From Savitreella phatthalungensis (Eukaryota): a stretch of DNA of 64,000 bases. Where the stretch lies: the NCBI GenBank assembly GCA_051599415.1, contig AP039697.1:310001-374000 (forward strand), in the 5' to 3' direction. Numbering within the stretch: position 1 is the stretch's first letter; each line of letters opens with the position of its first letter. Below are positions 44,298 to 54,081 of this stretch, piece by piece. The notes beneath the pieces are model-generated. The model did no database searches, was not told the DNA's origin, and worked only from the letters and a program-made list of their open reading frames with translations. Both the position numbers and the translations under genes were made by a program.

Positions 44298-46607
44298 ATG
44301 CGCTCCGTGGCCGTTGAAGGTGATGACTATCTTCTCGGGGATCTTCTTGGTCGCGGAGCGCACGGCCAAGTATACAGGGGCTTCCATGCTATCACCGGCG
44401 CGACAGTCGCAATAAAAGTCCTCAATGATCTCCACAGAACGGTGCTTGAAGAAATACGACTACTTAGAAGTCTGCGACACGATAATGTTGTACGATACCA
44501 TGCATCAACGACGAGCGGCCAGCAGACGTTCCTTGTCATGGAGTTCTGCGAGAACGGCTCGCTTTTTCATATGTGCCGCGCGCTTGGTACCTTCCCAGAA
44601 GGTCTGCTATGTGCTTTCCTGGGGCAAGTCCTGCGCGGTCTCATCTATCTACACTCTCAGGGCGTAGTACATTGTGATATCAAGGCTGCGAACATCCTCA
44701 CCACAAAGGAAGGCATCGTCAAGCTCGCGGATTTTGGGGTTGCATCAGTCGCAGATAGTTCGCACAATGTGTCCATTGCTGGGTCACCCTACTGGATGGC
44801 GCCAGAAGTCATTGAGCTGCAAGGCGCATCCCCTGCGGCTGACGTGTGGAGCGTTGGTTGCACAGTCGTAGAGCTTCTGACAGGCCACCCGCCTTATGCT
44901 GACCTAGATGCAGTCGCCGCCATGTTCCGCATCGTTTCGGATGGCCCAAGCGTGCCAGAAGTAGCCTCAAGTGCGTGCAGGCACTTTCTCGAGAAGTGTT
45001 GGCACAAGAGCCCGTCGCTACGTCCATCAGCGGCATCACTCAGCCGACATCCTTGGCTAAAACAAGCGCCTCACTCACACGTGAAAGCTGCAACAGCACA
45101 GATCAAGGCTTTTCATACGCGGGTTGATCGCGGGGTTGACGAGGGCGATTGGGAGTTAGACTTTGCCCACAACGCACTCGAGCGATTCGGCCCTAGACGG
45201 ACTTTGGACTTGGCCAAATATCGCGACAATGATGACGAGACCGCTGGGCTGAGCTTCGCACCTCGTGAATTGCCTGCTAGAGATCGAGCTCACATCAGCG
45301 ATCTGGCAAGTGAGCTCGATTCGTTCGATTCATTCGAAACGGAGTCGATCGATACTAATGTAGTCAGAGTTCGATCTGTAGCATGGGCAACGGCAGGTCG
45401 TGATATGGCTCAGGCTATTCGCACGAGTACAATCACGGCAGATGAGGTTCTGAAGAGGCTGAAGGACTCCACTCTGCGCCGATACTTCCTCCAGGCTCGA
45501 GGTTTGTCGGATTGCTTATCAGTCGGTGGTCCCTTCTTGAGAGTCGCCGCTAATCTGGCTCTTGAGGCTCCTGAGGATTTCGTTGCTCTCGGTGGATGCG
45601 AAGCAGTCTCTGTCGATCCTCTTTTAGCATGCCAAGTCGCGGAACTCTTGCCTGCATCTGCATTACGTCTCATTTTCCGCTGGATAGCACAAGGTCGTCA
45701 GGGATTTTTCAAGACTGCCTTGCGCATGCTCCGGCAAACCACGCATGCAGCGCAGAAGGATCTCATCCGTGATTTTGCGCGCCTTGGTGGCGTGCCGCAT
45801 CTCCTTGGAGATCAAGAACTTTTCCTTGCTGTTGTAAAAGTGCAGCAAGTCGACGTTCCACGAGAAGTTCTTCTTTCGCTGCTACAAGATGGAGCTCTGG
45901 ACATAGTTCGGCACATTTCGAGCTGGCCGCGCGCGGCTACATCTCTGCACGATGCTGGCATCTGGCGCGCTCTACAGCTTGACCTTCACTCGCTCACCAT
46001 TGCCGGAAATATTTGCAAAGCCGAGCGCAGACAAGCTGAATACGTTGAGGTTGGCTGGCTGAGCGCCGTTATGTCCCTGGATGCTTTCGGGGAGCTGATT
46101 TTGCCATTGCTTCACGCTGTCGCGGCTGTGGCTCCAGATAAGCTTTGGCAAGCTGGATCATTAGATTTTCTTCTCGCTGCTCTCGGAGCTGATCGTTGGT
46201 CGACTCAGGCTATTGAAATCTTGCAAATTTGGTCTTTGTCGACTCCTCGCATTAACGCTGCGCTCCTCATGCGATCTGACGAAGTGTTACCGACTTTACG
46301 CCGTGCCCTAGGGCTGCGATCACCTTCTGCAATGGGCGCAGTTCGGCTTTTGAAAAGCTGTACATCTCTTATACCACTGCTTGGACAAGAACTTGTCTCA
46401 CTTGCGCTCGAGGCTGATCCTGTGCGACCAGGTGTAACTTTGGAAGTGCTCAAGATCTTTCGGCATACAGAGCTCGACGTCATTGAAAGCATCCGGAGGT
46501 TGTGCGACTCCCGCTCTGTCCTGGTAAAGGATCTTGCGCTCGAGCTCACAAAAGTGTCAGATGCGTGTGGTCATTCCGCAAACCGCAGCGATCGAGCGCA
46601 CCACTGA
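44298..46607 (+). CDS. STE-group kinase, Cdc7/Cdc15 (SIN/MEN)-like, with helical-repeat C-terminus
   Basis: GRGAHGQV, VAIK, HCDIKAANILTTKEG.VKLADFGVA, GSPYWMAPEVIEL, AMFRIV; Leu-rich helical tail. Confidence 0.85.
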   Translation: MRSVAVEGDDYLLGDLLGRGAHGQVYRGFHAITGATVAIKVLNDLHRTVLEEIRLLRSLRHDNVVRYHASTTSGQQTFLVMEFCENGSLFHMCRALGTFPEGLLCAFLGQVLRGLIYLHSQGVVHCDIKAANILTTKEGIVKLADFGVASVADSSHNVSIAGSPYWMAPEVIELQGASPAADVWSVGCTVVELLTGHPPYADLDAVAAMFRIVSDGPSVPEVASSACRHFLEKCWHKSPSLRPSAASLSRHPWLKQAPHSHVKAATAQIKAFHTRVDRGVDEGDWELDFAHNALERFGPRRTLDLAKYRDNDDETAGLSFAPRELPARDRAHISDLASELDSFDSFETESIDTNVVRVRSVAWATAGRDMAQAIRTSTITADEVLKRLKDSTLRRYFLQARGLSDCLSVGGPFLRVAANLALEAPEDFVALGGCEAVSVDPLLACQVAELLPASALRLIFRWIAQGRQGFFKTALRMLRQTTHAAQKDLIRDFARLGGVPHLLGDQELFLAVVKVQQVDVPREVLLSLLQDGALDIVRHISSWPRAATSLHDAGIWRALQLDLHSLTIAGNICKAERRQAEYVEVGWLSAVMSLDAFGELILPLLHAVAAVAPDKLWQAGSLDFLLAALGADRWSTQAIEILQIWSLSTPRINAALLMRSDEVLPTLRRALGLRSPSAMGAVRLLKSCTSLIPLLGQELVSLALEADPVRPGVTLEVLKIFRHTELDVIESIRRLCDSRSVLVKDLALELTKVSDACGHSANRSDRAHH

Positions 46608-47030
46608 AGAATGTGGCAGGAGTGACAAGAAAGTCAGGAAGATTCGTCTCTCGCCGCTGAGACCCGTACTGCATCTCCATTATCTCACCAGAGCCTCGTC
46701 AAAGGATCCCTTGTCTACTCAAGGCGCTGTCAATTAAGTGATTGTTCTCTGGCTGCGAAAAACGACCTCGAGTGATCTCAGAGCTCCTCGGCAGGCGGTG
46801 CCGCGCAGACCTACCAATCGTGCAGCTCGCCCTGTCGGAGTGTCCTGTATTTGAATCGTCTGGTAGATTGACAATATAGCATATCATCGCTACGTTTGCG
46901 CGCGCTCGGTTATGGGACATCTTGCATGACCACCAGTCGGAAAATTTGTCAATGACAATCTGAGGCATTATCTACACGCGACTTGACCAGCGAATGCGCT
47001 AGAACTATCGACTTTTTATGTCCTCGCCAG

Positions 47031-47062
47031 TCTTCAGCGGGCCCAATCTTCAGCGGGCCCAA
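47031..47062. repeat. Perfect 16-nt tandem duplication TCTTCAGCGGGCCCAA x2
   Basis: Copies at 47031-47046 and 47047-47062, upstream of the Zn2Cys6 gene. Confidence 0.85.
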
Positions 47063-47331
47063 TTTTCACGGACGATGACAGACTCTGCATAAGCGACGAC
47101 ACAATCAAGCAGCACGTATACTCTTCGATCCCAGGCTGACACCATGAATTTGATCGAGTCGCCCCCGGGAGGTTTTAGCGAAAAAAAAAAACAGCCGAAG
47201 TGGCGCTGTGGAGCCGGTCCTGTCCGGCAACCCGTGGACCTTGGGCAATCGCCCGCAACAACCTCGGGCAGACCTCCCGAGCTCTAGAATGGTAAAGGAA
47301 CAATATTTCCTTTGTCTGAAACAAAGCAACA

Positions 47332-48876
47332 ATGCGGAAGCATCGAATTGGTGAAGGTCCTGATCTGCCACCAGCTTGCGATCGATGTAGGAAAAAGCAT
47401 CTCAAGTGCGACTTTGAGGAGCCTTGTCAGGGCTGCAGGCGAGCGCAAGCCGCATGCGCCCGGCCAACATCCGTGAACAAGGGTGGTCGACCGCGGAAAA
47501 TTCTCAGGACCACGACACACTGTGCCAATAGATACATGCGACGAGATTACGAAAACGGCTTGGTTGTCGAGCTCAGCGCGCGAGTCAGTCTTTCCCGTCC
47601 AGATTTTTTTGCGCATTGCTCAAACACGCCTCCCAGTCGGGTCTGGCTAGGCGCCGTGTCGAGTCGCGCCTCTTTATTTCTCCTCGTCCCAACATTCGAG
47701 AAGCTGCTGGGTCGTAGTGGTGTGTATCTGTCTACCTTGTCAGGTGTTTTGGCCTATGTCCATCAATTAGACCGAGATCTGGCGATGCCCGATGGAGCGC
47801 CGCTACCGACAAATTTGGGTCGCCCATATGATGTCCTGGAGCGCTGGTTGAGCAGAGCGCTTGATCTTCCCGGTACTCCCCCTCATCCGCTGCTCGTACG
47901 CGCTAGAAGGGCAGATGAAATTGTTGATCTGACTTTGTTGACTGAAGCTGAGGCCACGATTCTCGCAGTCCATCTCGCTTTGGGGTCTCATCTTGATGAG
48001 AACAGCTTTCCAGGCACTCCGGGAACCTATGGTCGCTGGCTGTTCTGCAGCATTCTCCCACTGCTGCCTCGACTTCTCTTGCCGGGAAGTGCTGGCAATA
48101 AGAATGGCAGCTTACCAGTTGAGATTCATGCCTGCGTCCTCATTTCGACCTACTACTTACGAGCATACAGAGGCGGTTCTTTGTGGCATATTTTGGGGGC
48201 TCTTGCCCGAAGCATTCAATTCATGGGCATCAATGACGACTTTCAGCCAGACATTCGTCGCGCCGGAGAGCAGCTTGAGGAGGCCGTATGTCTGTCGGTT
48301 GGCGGCGTGCCGGTCCTGAAGATGACAAGTCGGAGCGACGCAATCTCGATTTTCAGTACCGCTCTTCTGCATCACTTTGATGATACGGCTCCCCTTCCGC
48401 AAATTGATGGTCTTCCGAAGATTCCGTCACCAGGTAAAGATCGGCTAAGATGTGATCGCCTCGTTCTTGCGTGGTCGCGTGCGCAGCTTGCGCTCGTCCT
48501 TGAGCCTGGCAGTCCAACTGAGACAAGGAGGGGCGCGACCGAGGCTCAGCTCGAAAAAGCCTACAATATCAGAAGAGAAGCTAGAGCATGTGCACGCCGG
48601 GTCTGTGCAGACTCATCGATTGTAAGGGGCGACGTTCGACTGCAGGTTATCACGGGGCTCGACGCCCCAACCTTCTACGATGCAATCGTTTTCCTGCTGG
48701 TTGACGGCCTAAGCGATCCTTCGGCTTGCAAGGACAACGCTTCTATTTGCCTAGATTCTTGTCGGCGGGCGCTCGCGACATCGGCAGTGAAAGCGGCGAG
48801 TAGCTTCGAGGCTACGATCAGTTTCTTCCTCAGATGCGCAGAGATCGTTGAAATTGCCGCGGTAAGCCTCGGCTAA
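47332..48876 (+). CDS. Zn(II)2Cys6 transcription factor with degenerate middle homology region
   Basis: ACDRCRKKHLKCDFEEPCQGCRRAQAAC; GGRPRK; LWHILGALARSIQFMGI MHR-like segment. Confidence 0.85.
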   Translation: MRKHRIGEGPDLPPACDRCRKKHLKCDFEEPCQGCRRAQAACARPTSVNKGGRPRKILRTTTHCANRYMRRDYENGLVVELSARVSLSRPDFFAHCSNTPPSRVWLGAVSSRASLFLLVPTFEKLLGRSGVYLSTLSGVLAYVHQLDRDLAMPDGAPLPTNLGRPYDVLERWLSRALDLPGTPPHPLLVRARRADEIVDLTLLTEAEATILAVHLALGSHLDENSFPGTPGTYGRWLFCSILPLLPRLLLPGSAGNKNGSLPVEIHACVLISTYYLRAYRGGSLWHILGALARSIQFMGINDDFQPDIRRAGEQLEEAVCLSVGGVPVLKMTSRSDAISIFSTALLHHFDDTAPLPQIDGLPKIPSPGKDRLRCDRLVLAWSRAQLALVLEPGSPTETRRGATEAQLEKAYNIRREARACARRVCADSSIVRGDVRLQVITGLDAPTFYDAIVFLLVDGLSDPSACKDNASICLDSCRRALATSAVKAASSFEATISFFLRCAEIVEIAAVSLG

Positions 48877-49230
48877 TCGTGACTACGTTCTGGAGCATTT
48901 CCGCGATCATGAGTCTGCTGGGCGCGCGATGCGAAGGCCTCTTCACAATATTCAGACACATATCCACCGTTCTCGCACAGCCTCGATGTATTCACATGCC
49001 AAGGTAAGTGACACCAAGGTGCAAGTGTTGAATATTCTACTTCGCGCCCAGCGTTCGGCTCGTTGGACGACAACAAACAGCTTTTGCGCTATCACGACAA
49101 CCATCGCGCCACAGGGATGTCCCGGTCAGATGGATATTCCAAACAACAGCTAGCATTTTATTCCATTCTCCCCCACACACACCTTTCTCCAGCACATATC
49201 GCGCCCTAGATCCTCCTAGACATGCTTACT

Positions 49231-49648
49231 GTCGCGACCAATCTGTGGCCCGGGTCGATCGTATACGATTCGTACACGACGCCGTCACTTCCGCAATCAC
49301 TCGGTCTACATATGACAAAATAGTAGCCCCGTATGGAGCTGTCAAATAGTATCGTTCTGTGCTAGGTCCTGGTGATGGTGATCTCTGGCACGCTGTCTCT
49401 GTATGGCGTGATGCGTCCTCTTGTACCCTACCAACCTGCCATGTCAGCAGAGTTGTGGTATGTATTGGTTATAGCATGGTCAGTGTCACCGCCTAGATTG
49501 TCTCTTGTAGTCCCTCGTGTCTGTTTGTACTTGTTTGTATCTCCCCATGTTCTTTGGTGTACTCCGTCTGTGTTCTCCTGTGTTGTCTGGCTTGTGTCCG
49601 TGTCGCTTTGTCTGTCGCTCTCGGGCCCTGCGGCCGTCCTCCGCGACA
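49231..49648 (+). repeat. Repeat family copy A
   Basis: Aligns by eye with copy C directly and with B and D in reverse complement (e.g. GTCACTTCyGCAATCACTC, GGAGCTGTCAAATAGT, TGTCGCTCTCGGG). Confidence 0.9.
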
Positions 49649-50014
49649 ATCGGCAGATCTGGCAGCTGAAACGCACGTCTTGCTTATGACAACAGATTCT
49701 GTTAAGCCTTCTTTTGCAAGCCAGTTTTCATGCTGCTACCTGAACATCTGTGGCATATTGCAAATGGGCCTGTTGACTTCTCATGTGGGTTTTCAGAGCT
49801 CTTGAGTCATTCTGCAGTTCCTGTAGCATCTTATGTACTAAATCTTCCTTTCTGTCAAAACATCACTCAGTGACTTTGCAGTTGAGCCACACACATGTTC
49901 AAAGATGGTAGGTTGGAGTGACACAAGTCAATAGGAGGAACAAGAATGCGTAGGAAGAAAGTTGTAGATCTTTTGATATGGCAAAGCAACAGACCTTGCA
50001 AGCGCTGTTGTGTG

Positions 50015-50640
50015 TCGCGGACGACGATTGCAGGATCCGAGAGCAACAAACAAAGCAACACAGACACAACCAAGACAACACAGGAGAACCCAGATGGAGT
50101 CCAACAAAGGATACAAACAGATACAAATGAATCCTAATGGACGCATAGGGACCACAGGAGGCGGTATAGCTGGTGGTTCCACTTGTGCTATGACTGCTGA
50201 TGTGGCAGGTCAAGGGGTACAAGAGGATGCAACATGCTGTATGGAGACAGCATGCCAGATAACACCAACACCAGGACTTAGTACAGAACAATACTATTTG
50301 ACAGCTCCTTACAGGGCTACTATTTTGTCATATGTAGGTTGAGTGATTGCAGAAGTGACAGCGTTGTGTGCAAAGTGTATACAATTGACCCCGGCCACCT
50401 GGTGGTCGCGACATCTTGGCAATGTGTTCATGTGGCAAAAGTGAGCAGACCGCTCTGTAGCCATCAGCTCTTTGAGGGCACAGACTTTATTTGGTTTCAG
50501 TTCCATGTCTCTAATTAAGGTTGAAGAAGTTGAACAGTCTATGCAAGGACATTCAGCAAGCTGGAAATATTTTCGTCCACCCATGTCTTCTTGTTGTTTC
50601 CTCGAATATCCATCTGACTGGAACATCGCTTTACACAATC
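50015..50640 (-). repeat. Repeat family copy B (inverted relative to A/C)
   Basis: 50191-50388 is the reverse complement of 50995-51192 with 4 mismatches; flanks are more diverged. Ends approximate. Confidence 0.9.
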
Positions 50641-50819
50641 ATTTGAAAGTGAGTCAAATGGCACTGATGGCCGCAACAACTGGTAGATATAAGCAGTTTC
50701 GAATCGTGCTAATATTGTTCTATGAAATCGACCAATATAGTCTGATTTTGCGTTGATTTCGATCTGAAAGGCCACAATAGCCATCATTTGTCACTATACA
50801 AGTTCGAAAGTTCGAAGCT

Positions 50820-51369
50820 CTATGCATACAGAGCGATGTCCCGTTGAGATGCATGACTCTAGAGACAGCAACATCTCGACATGGGTGAGCAGATACAGCC
50901 ACATCTTGCTCAGTAAATGCAATGTACAGAGCTGTTTGGTCAGATGGGTTGTTTCCAAGCGAAACCCTCTGGAACAACCACTCTGTGGCCTGGATCGATT
51001 GTATACACTTTGCACACAACGCTGTCACTTCTGCAATCACTCGACCTACATATGACAAAATAGTAGCCCTGTAAGGAGCTGTCAAATAGTATTGGTCTGT
51101 ACTAGGTCCTGGTGTTGGTGTTATCTGGCATGCTGTCTCCATACAGCATGTTGCATCCTCTTGTACCCCTTGACCTGCCACATCAGCAGTCAAAGCACAA
51201 TTGGCACAACTGCCTAGATTGCTTCCTGTACTCCCTCCATGTCTGGTGGTACTTCTTTGTATCTCTCCATGTTCCTTGGTGGACTCTGTCTGTGTCCTCC
51301 TGTGTTGTCTGACTTGTGTCTGTGTCGCTTTGTCTGTCGCTCTCGGGTCCTGCGGTCGTCCTCCGCAAC
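50820..51369 (+). repeat. Repeat family copy C
   Basis: Matches B (inverted) and A (direct). Left end approximate, based on the shared CACCCATGTC...ACATCGCT segment. Confidence 0.9.
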
Positions 51370-51489
51370 AGCTAGTCACTACTGACATGGTATATTGACC
51401 CTAGATACAAAGGGACAGCACGCTGTATGTATACAGCGTGCAAGATTGTCATACATAGACCGAGTGCTTGCAGAAGTGACAGTATTGCA

Positions 51490-52045
51490 GAAGACGATCG
51501 CAGGACCCGAGAGCGACGGATAGAGCGACACGGACACGAACTAGACGACACAGCAGGACCCAGACCGAGCCGTACGAAGAACAAGAACGACTATGAACAG
51601 ATACACGAGTCCAAACAGACACAGAAGGAATATTAGAGAGGTCGTCTGGGCAGTGATTTTGGCCCATGCCGATACATACCACAACTCTGCTGATGTGATT
51701 GGTCATTGCTGACGTGGCAGGTTGTTCCTGCTACGAGAAGACATGGCACGCTTCATGAAGACGGCGTGCAAGATACCATCGGACAGGACCTAGCACAAGG
51801 ACACTGCTATTCGACAGCTCCTTACGCGGCAAACGTCTTGTCATGCGTGAACTGAGTGATTGCGGAAGTGACAGAGTCGCGTACGGAGTGTATATGATCG
51901 AATTGGACGAGTTAGCGGTCGCAAGATGGTGGTTCTCTGTCCTTAGTACAAGGTCGAGGAATGTAAAGTCTTCAAGTGCACTGCGCAAGATGTTTTGTTC
52001 ACCCATGTCTGTTTGCTGTTCTGAGTATTCATTTGACCGCGACAC
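51490..52045 (-). repeat. Repeat family copy D (most diverged, retains several CpGs); extra fragments at ~51378-51487 and ~52350-52410
   Basis: CAGGACCCGAGAGCGAC, GCTGACGTGGCAGG, GACAGCTCCTTAC, GAGTGATTGCGGAAGTGAC and CACCCATGTC are shared with B. Confidence 0.82.
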
Positions 52046-54081
52046 CCCAGTGGACAGACGGACACAGACACAGGAGGACTACAATATATGCTGCTTGATC
52101 TCGAGCTAGAAAAATTTGCTCCCATATTCAGGACAAAGCATTTCTAGACGCCTGCAGGGTGTCCATCGCAGCGGGACAAATGATGATGCGCACGATGTTG
52201 GCCTTTTTAAACTACGCGCTGAGCGGGACATCCGTGTATCTGATATGGCATCCTCTGGTTCAGATCACATCAGTGACTGTCTCTGATTGCTCTCTGTGGC
52301 TGTATGTAACATTTATCTCTATCGGACTTCTGGGTCCAGGACAGTCCTGTTGGTCTGCTGAGAGTGTCGCTTTGTCCCGTCGCTCTCAGGTCCTGCGACT
52401 GCCCTGCGCAAATTTACCAATGCAGAACTGTTTGCAAATGCATACAGATACAGGAATGCATGCGCACGGCCAGGGCGATCGACCACTTGCGATAGTGCAT
52501 TGTCTTGTCGCCAAATCACATTGCTTCCAGTACTCAGGCTCTTAAACAGGCCATCATGGAGTCTAAGCAAGAGAATTCGTAGGCTTGAGTGCTTGGGAGA
52601 ACCGTTAATCACAAACGAGTTTTTTGTCGTGGCGTCTGTTGTACAACCGTATGTATTTGTGCCCCTGGCACAATCGCGCAGTGCAATGTCTTCGGACGGT
52701 CGTACTCGTTCTTTGGCCCTTTGGGTTGAGTTGTTGCGCTTCTTACTGCCGCTACTTTGCATGCTATTCGTTTCGAGCTATGCTGAGTCTCCTCTGCAGT
52801 AAGGTCCGAGTCAGGCAAGATGGAACATCATACAGACGATCAAGCTATGTGATAGGCGATCCGAGGTAGGTGTTGGAGATGCAGGGGGCATGTATAGACC
52901 ATACTTCTTGTGCAATGTGTGTGTCGCATCAGCGCTCTTTTGCAGAATTCTCTGACTGGACCGCCCTGATCTCAGCTCCGACGCTTACCGCCTGTGCAGA
53001 CTGCCTCGGTGATCAAACAAGATGTGACATTCTTTTACTATCTCATGTTTCTCCGGCCGTGCCTGTCTACATGCTGCACGGCGTTCGTCAGAGTATCCTT
53101 GTGCTGCACTTTCAAACTTCTGTTTCTGTTCATTCCGGTTTTGGCAAAATGATCTCGTCTTAGTAATCTCACGGCCCTTTCGGGTATCAAAACTGCATCA
53201 AGACGCCGCGAAGCTCACTGTGTATCTCGTGACGATGAGCTCTCTTGCAAACCTGCTTCAGGGTCTCACACGATAATAGGATTCAATAAACTTGTATTTG
53301 CGCATACCACTCTCCAGTGTTTGATCTGTACGCAGAGTGTAGTAGCACGTGAGTTATATGCCGCAAACTCAAGGGGATGTGTCTGACGATTGTGTTGTAG
53401 GGCTTGATCGCCTCAAGCAATTTGAGACGAATCAACATGGAGAATCGAGTGATCTGGTGTCACCCCGACGGACAGAGGCAGAACCGCGTCTGGGTAAAGA
53501 AGTGCGGCGAAGTGCTCAGCTCATCATATCTTTAATTCCTTGGACACCAGAGACAGGGCATTTAGCAAGCATTTTCACGAGCCGCCTCAGTGGCAGCTCC
53601 ATTACTATAATTTCTGTCTCTGTGTGAATGAGTCAGTGAACTTGCCGCTCGACCGAATTGCGTTCGCAGTAGCATGAAGCCAATCAGGTCAGACAACAAT
53701 TCCACATCTCGCCTCGTCACCCACGGCAGACTGCGTTGAGGACACGTAGAAGACCAAGAGTTGCGGTATAACGTGTCTGGGCCAGTCTCGGAATTGAATG
53801 GGTGAGGAATGCTGCACGTGTTGTGAATCTGTCACTACCCAAGCGCTCTGCCGCCGTGTCCCGTTCTGGCGCTGGCTACATTTGGCAGTGAGCATAGTTT
53901 TCGGCTTGTCAACGTGTGCTACCACGAAGCCAAGCCACCGGTGATTCAGCTTGACAGGTGTGGAGCCGGAAAATGTCGGGGTCATAATCCGGCAGAACTG
54001 AGTAGTATTTCCGCTTGTGTCCTACGATAAATAGAAAGATCATATCCCGCCGGCGGTGGTCCACCTTGCTGCAGAATCACA

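Noticed and set aside
43843..44415. 190-aa and 134-aa plus-strand ORFs between TMA20 and the kinase
   Set aside because: The longer one overlaps both neighbours and both lack ATG starts; the minus-strand 101-aa ORF is more protein-like.
50720..51388. 222-aa ORF in repeat copy C as a functional gene
   Set aside because: Thr/Cys/Gln-rich composition is what CpG decay produces, and the frame is broken in the other copies.
49231..52500. Repeat cluster as a CRISPR array, LTR element or MITE
   Set aside because: Eukaryotic context, long degenerate units in alternating orientation, no spacers, TSDs, TG..CA ends or transposase motifs recognised.
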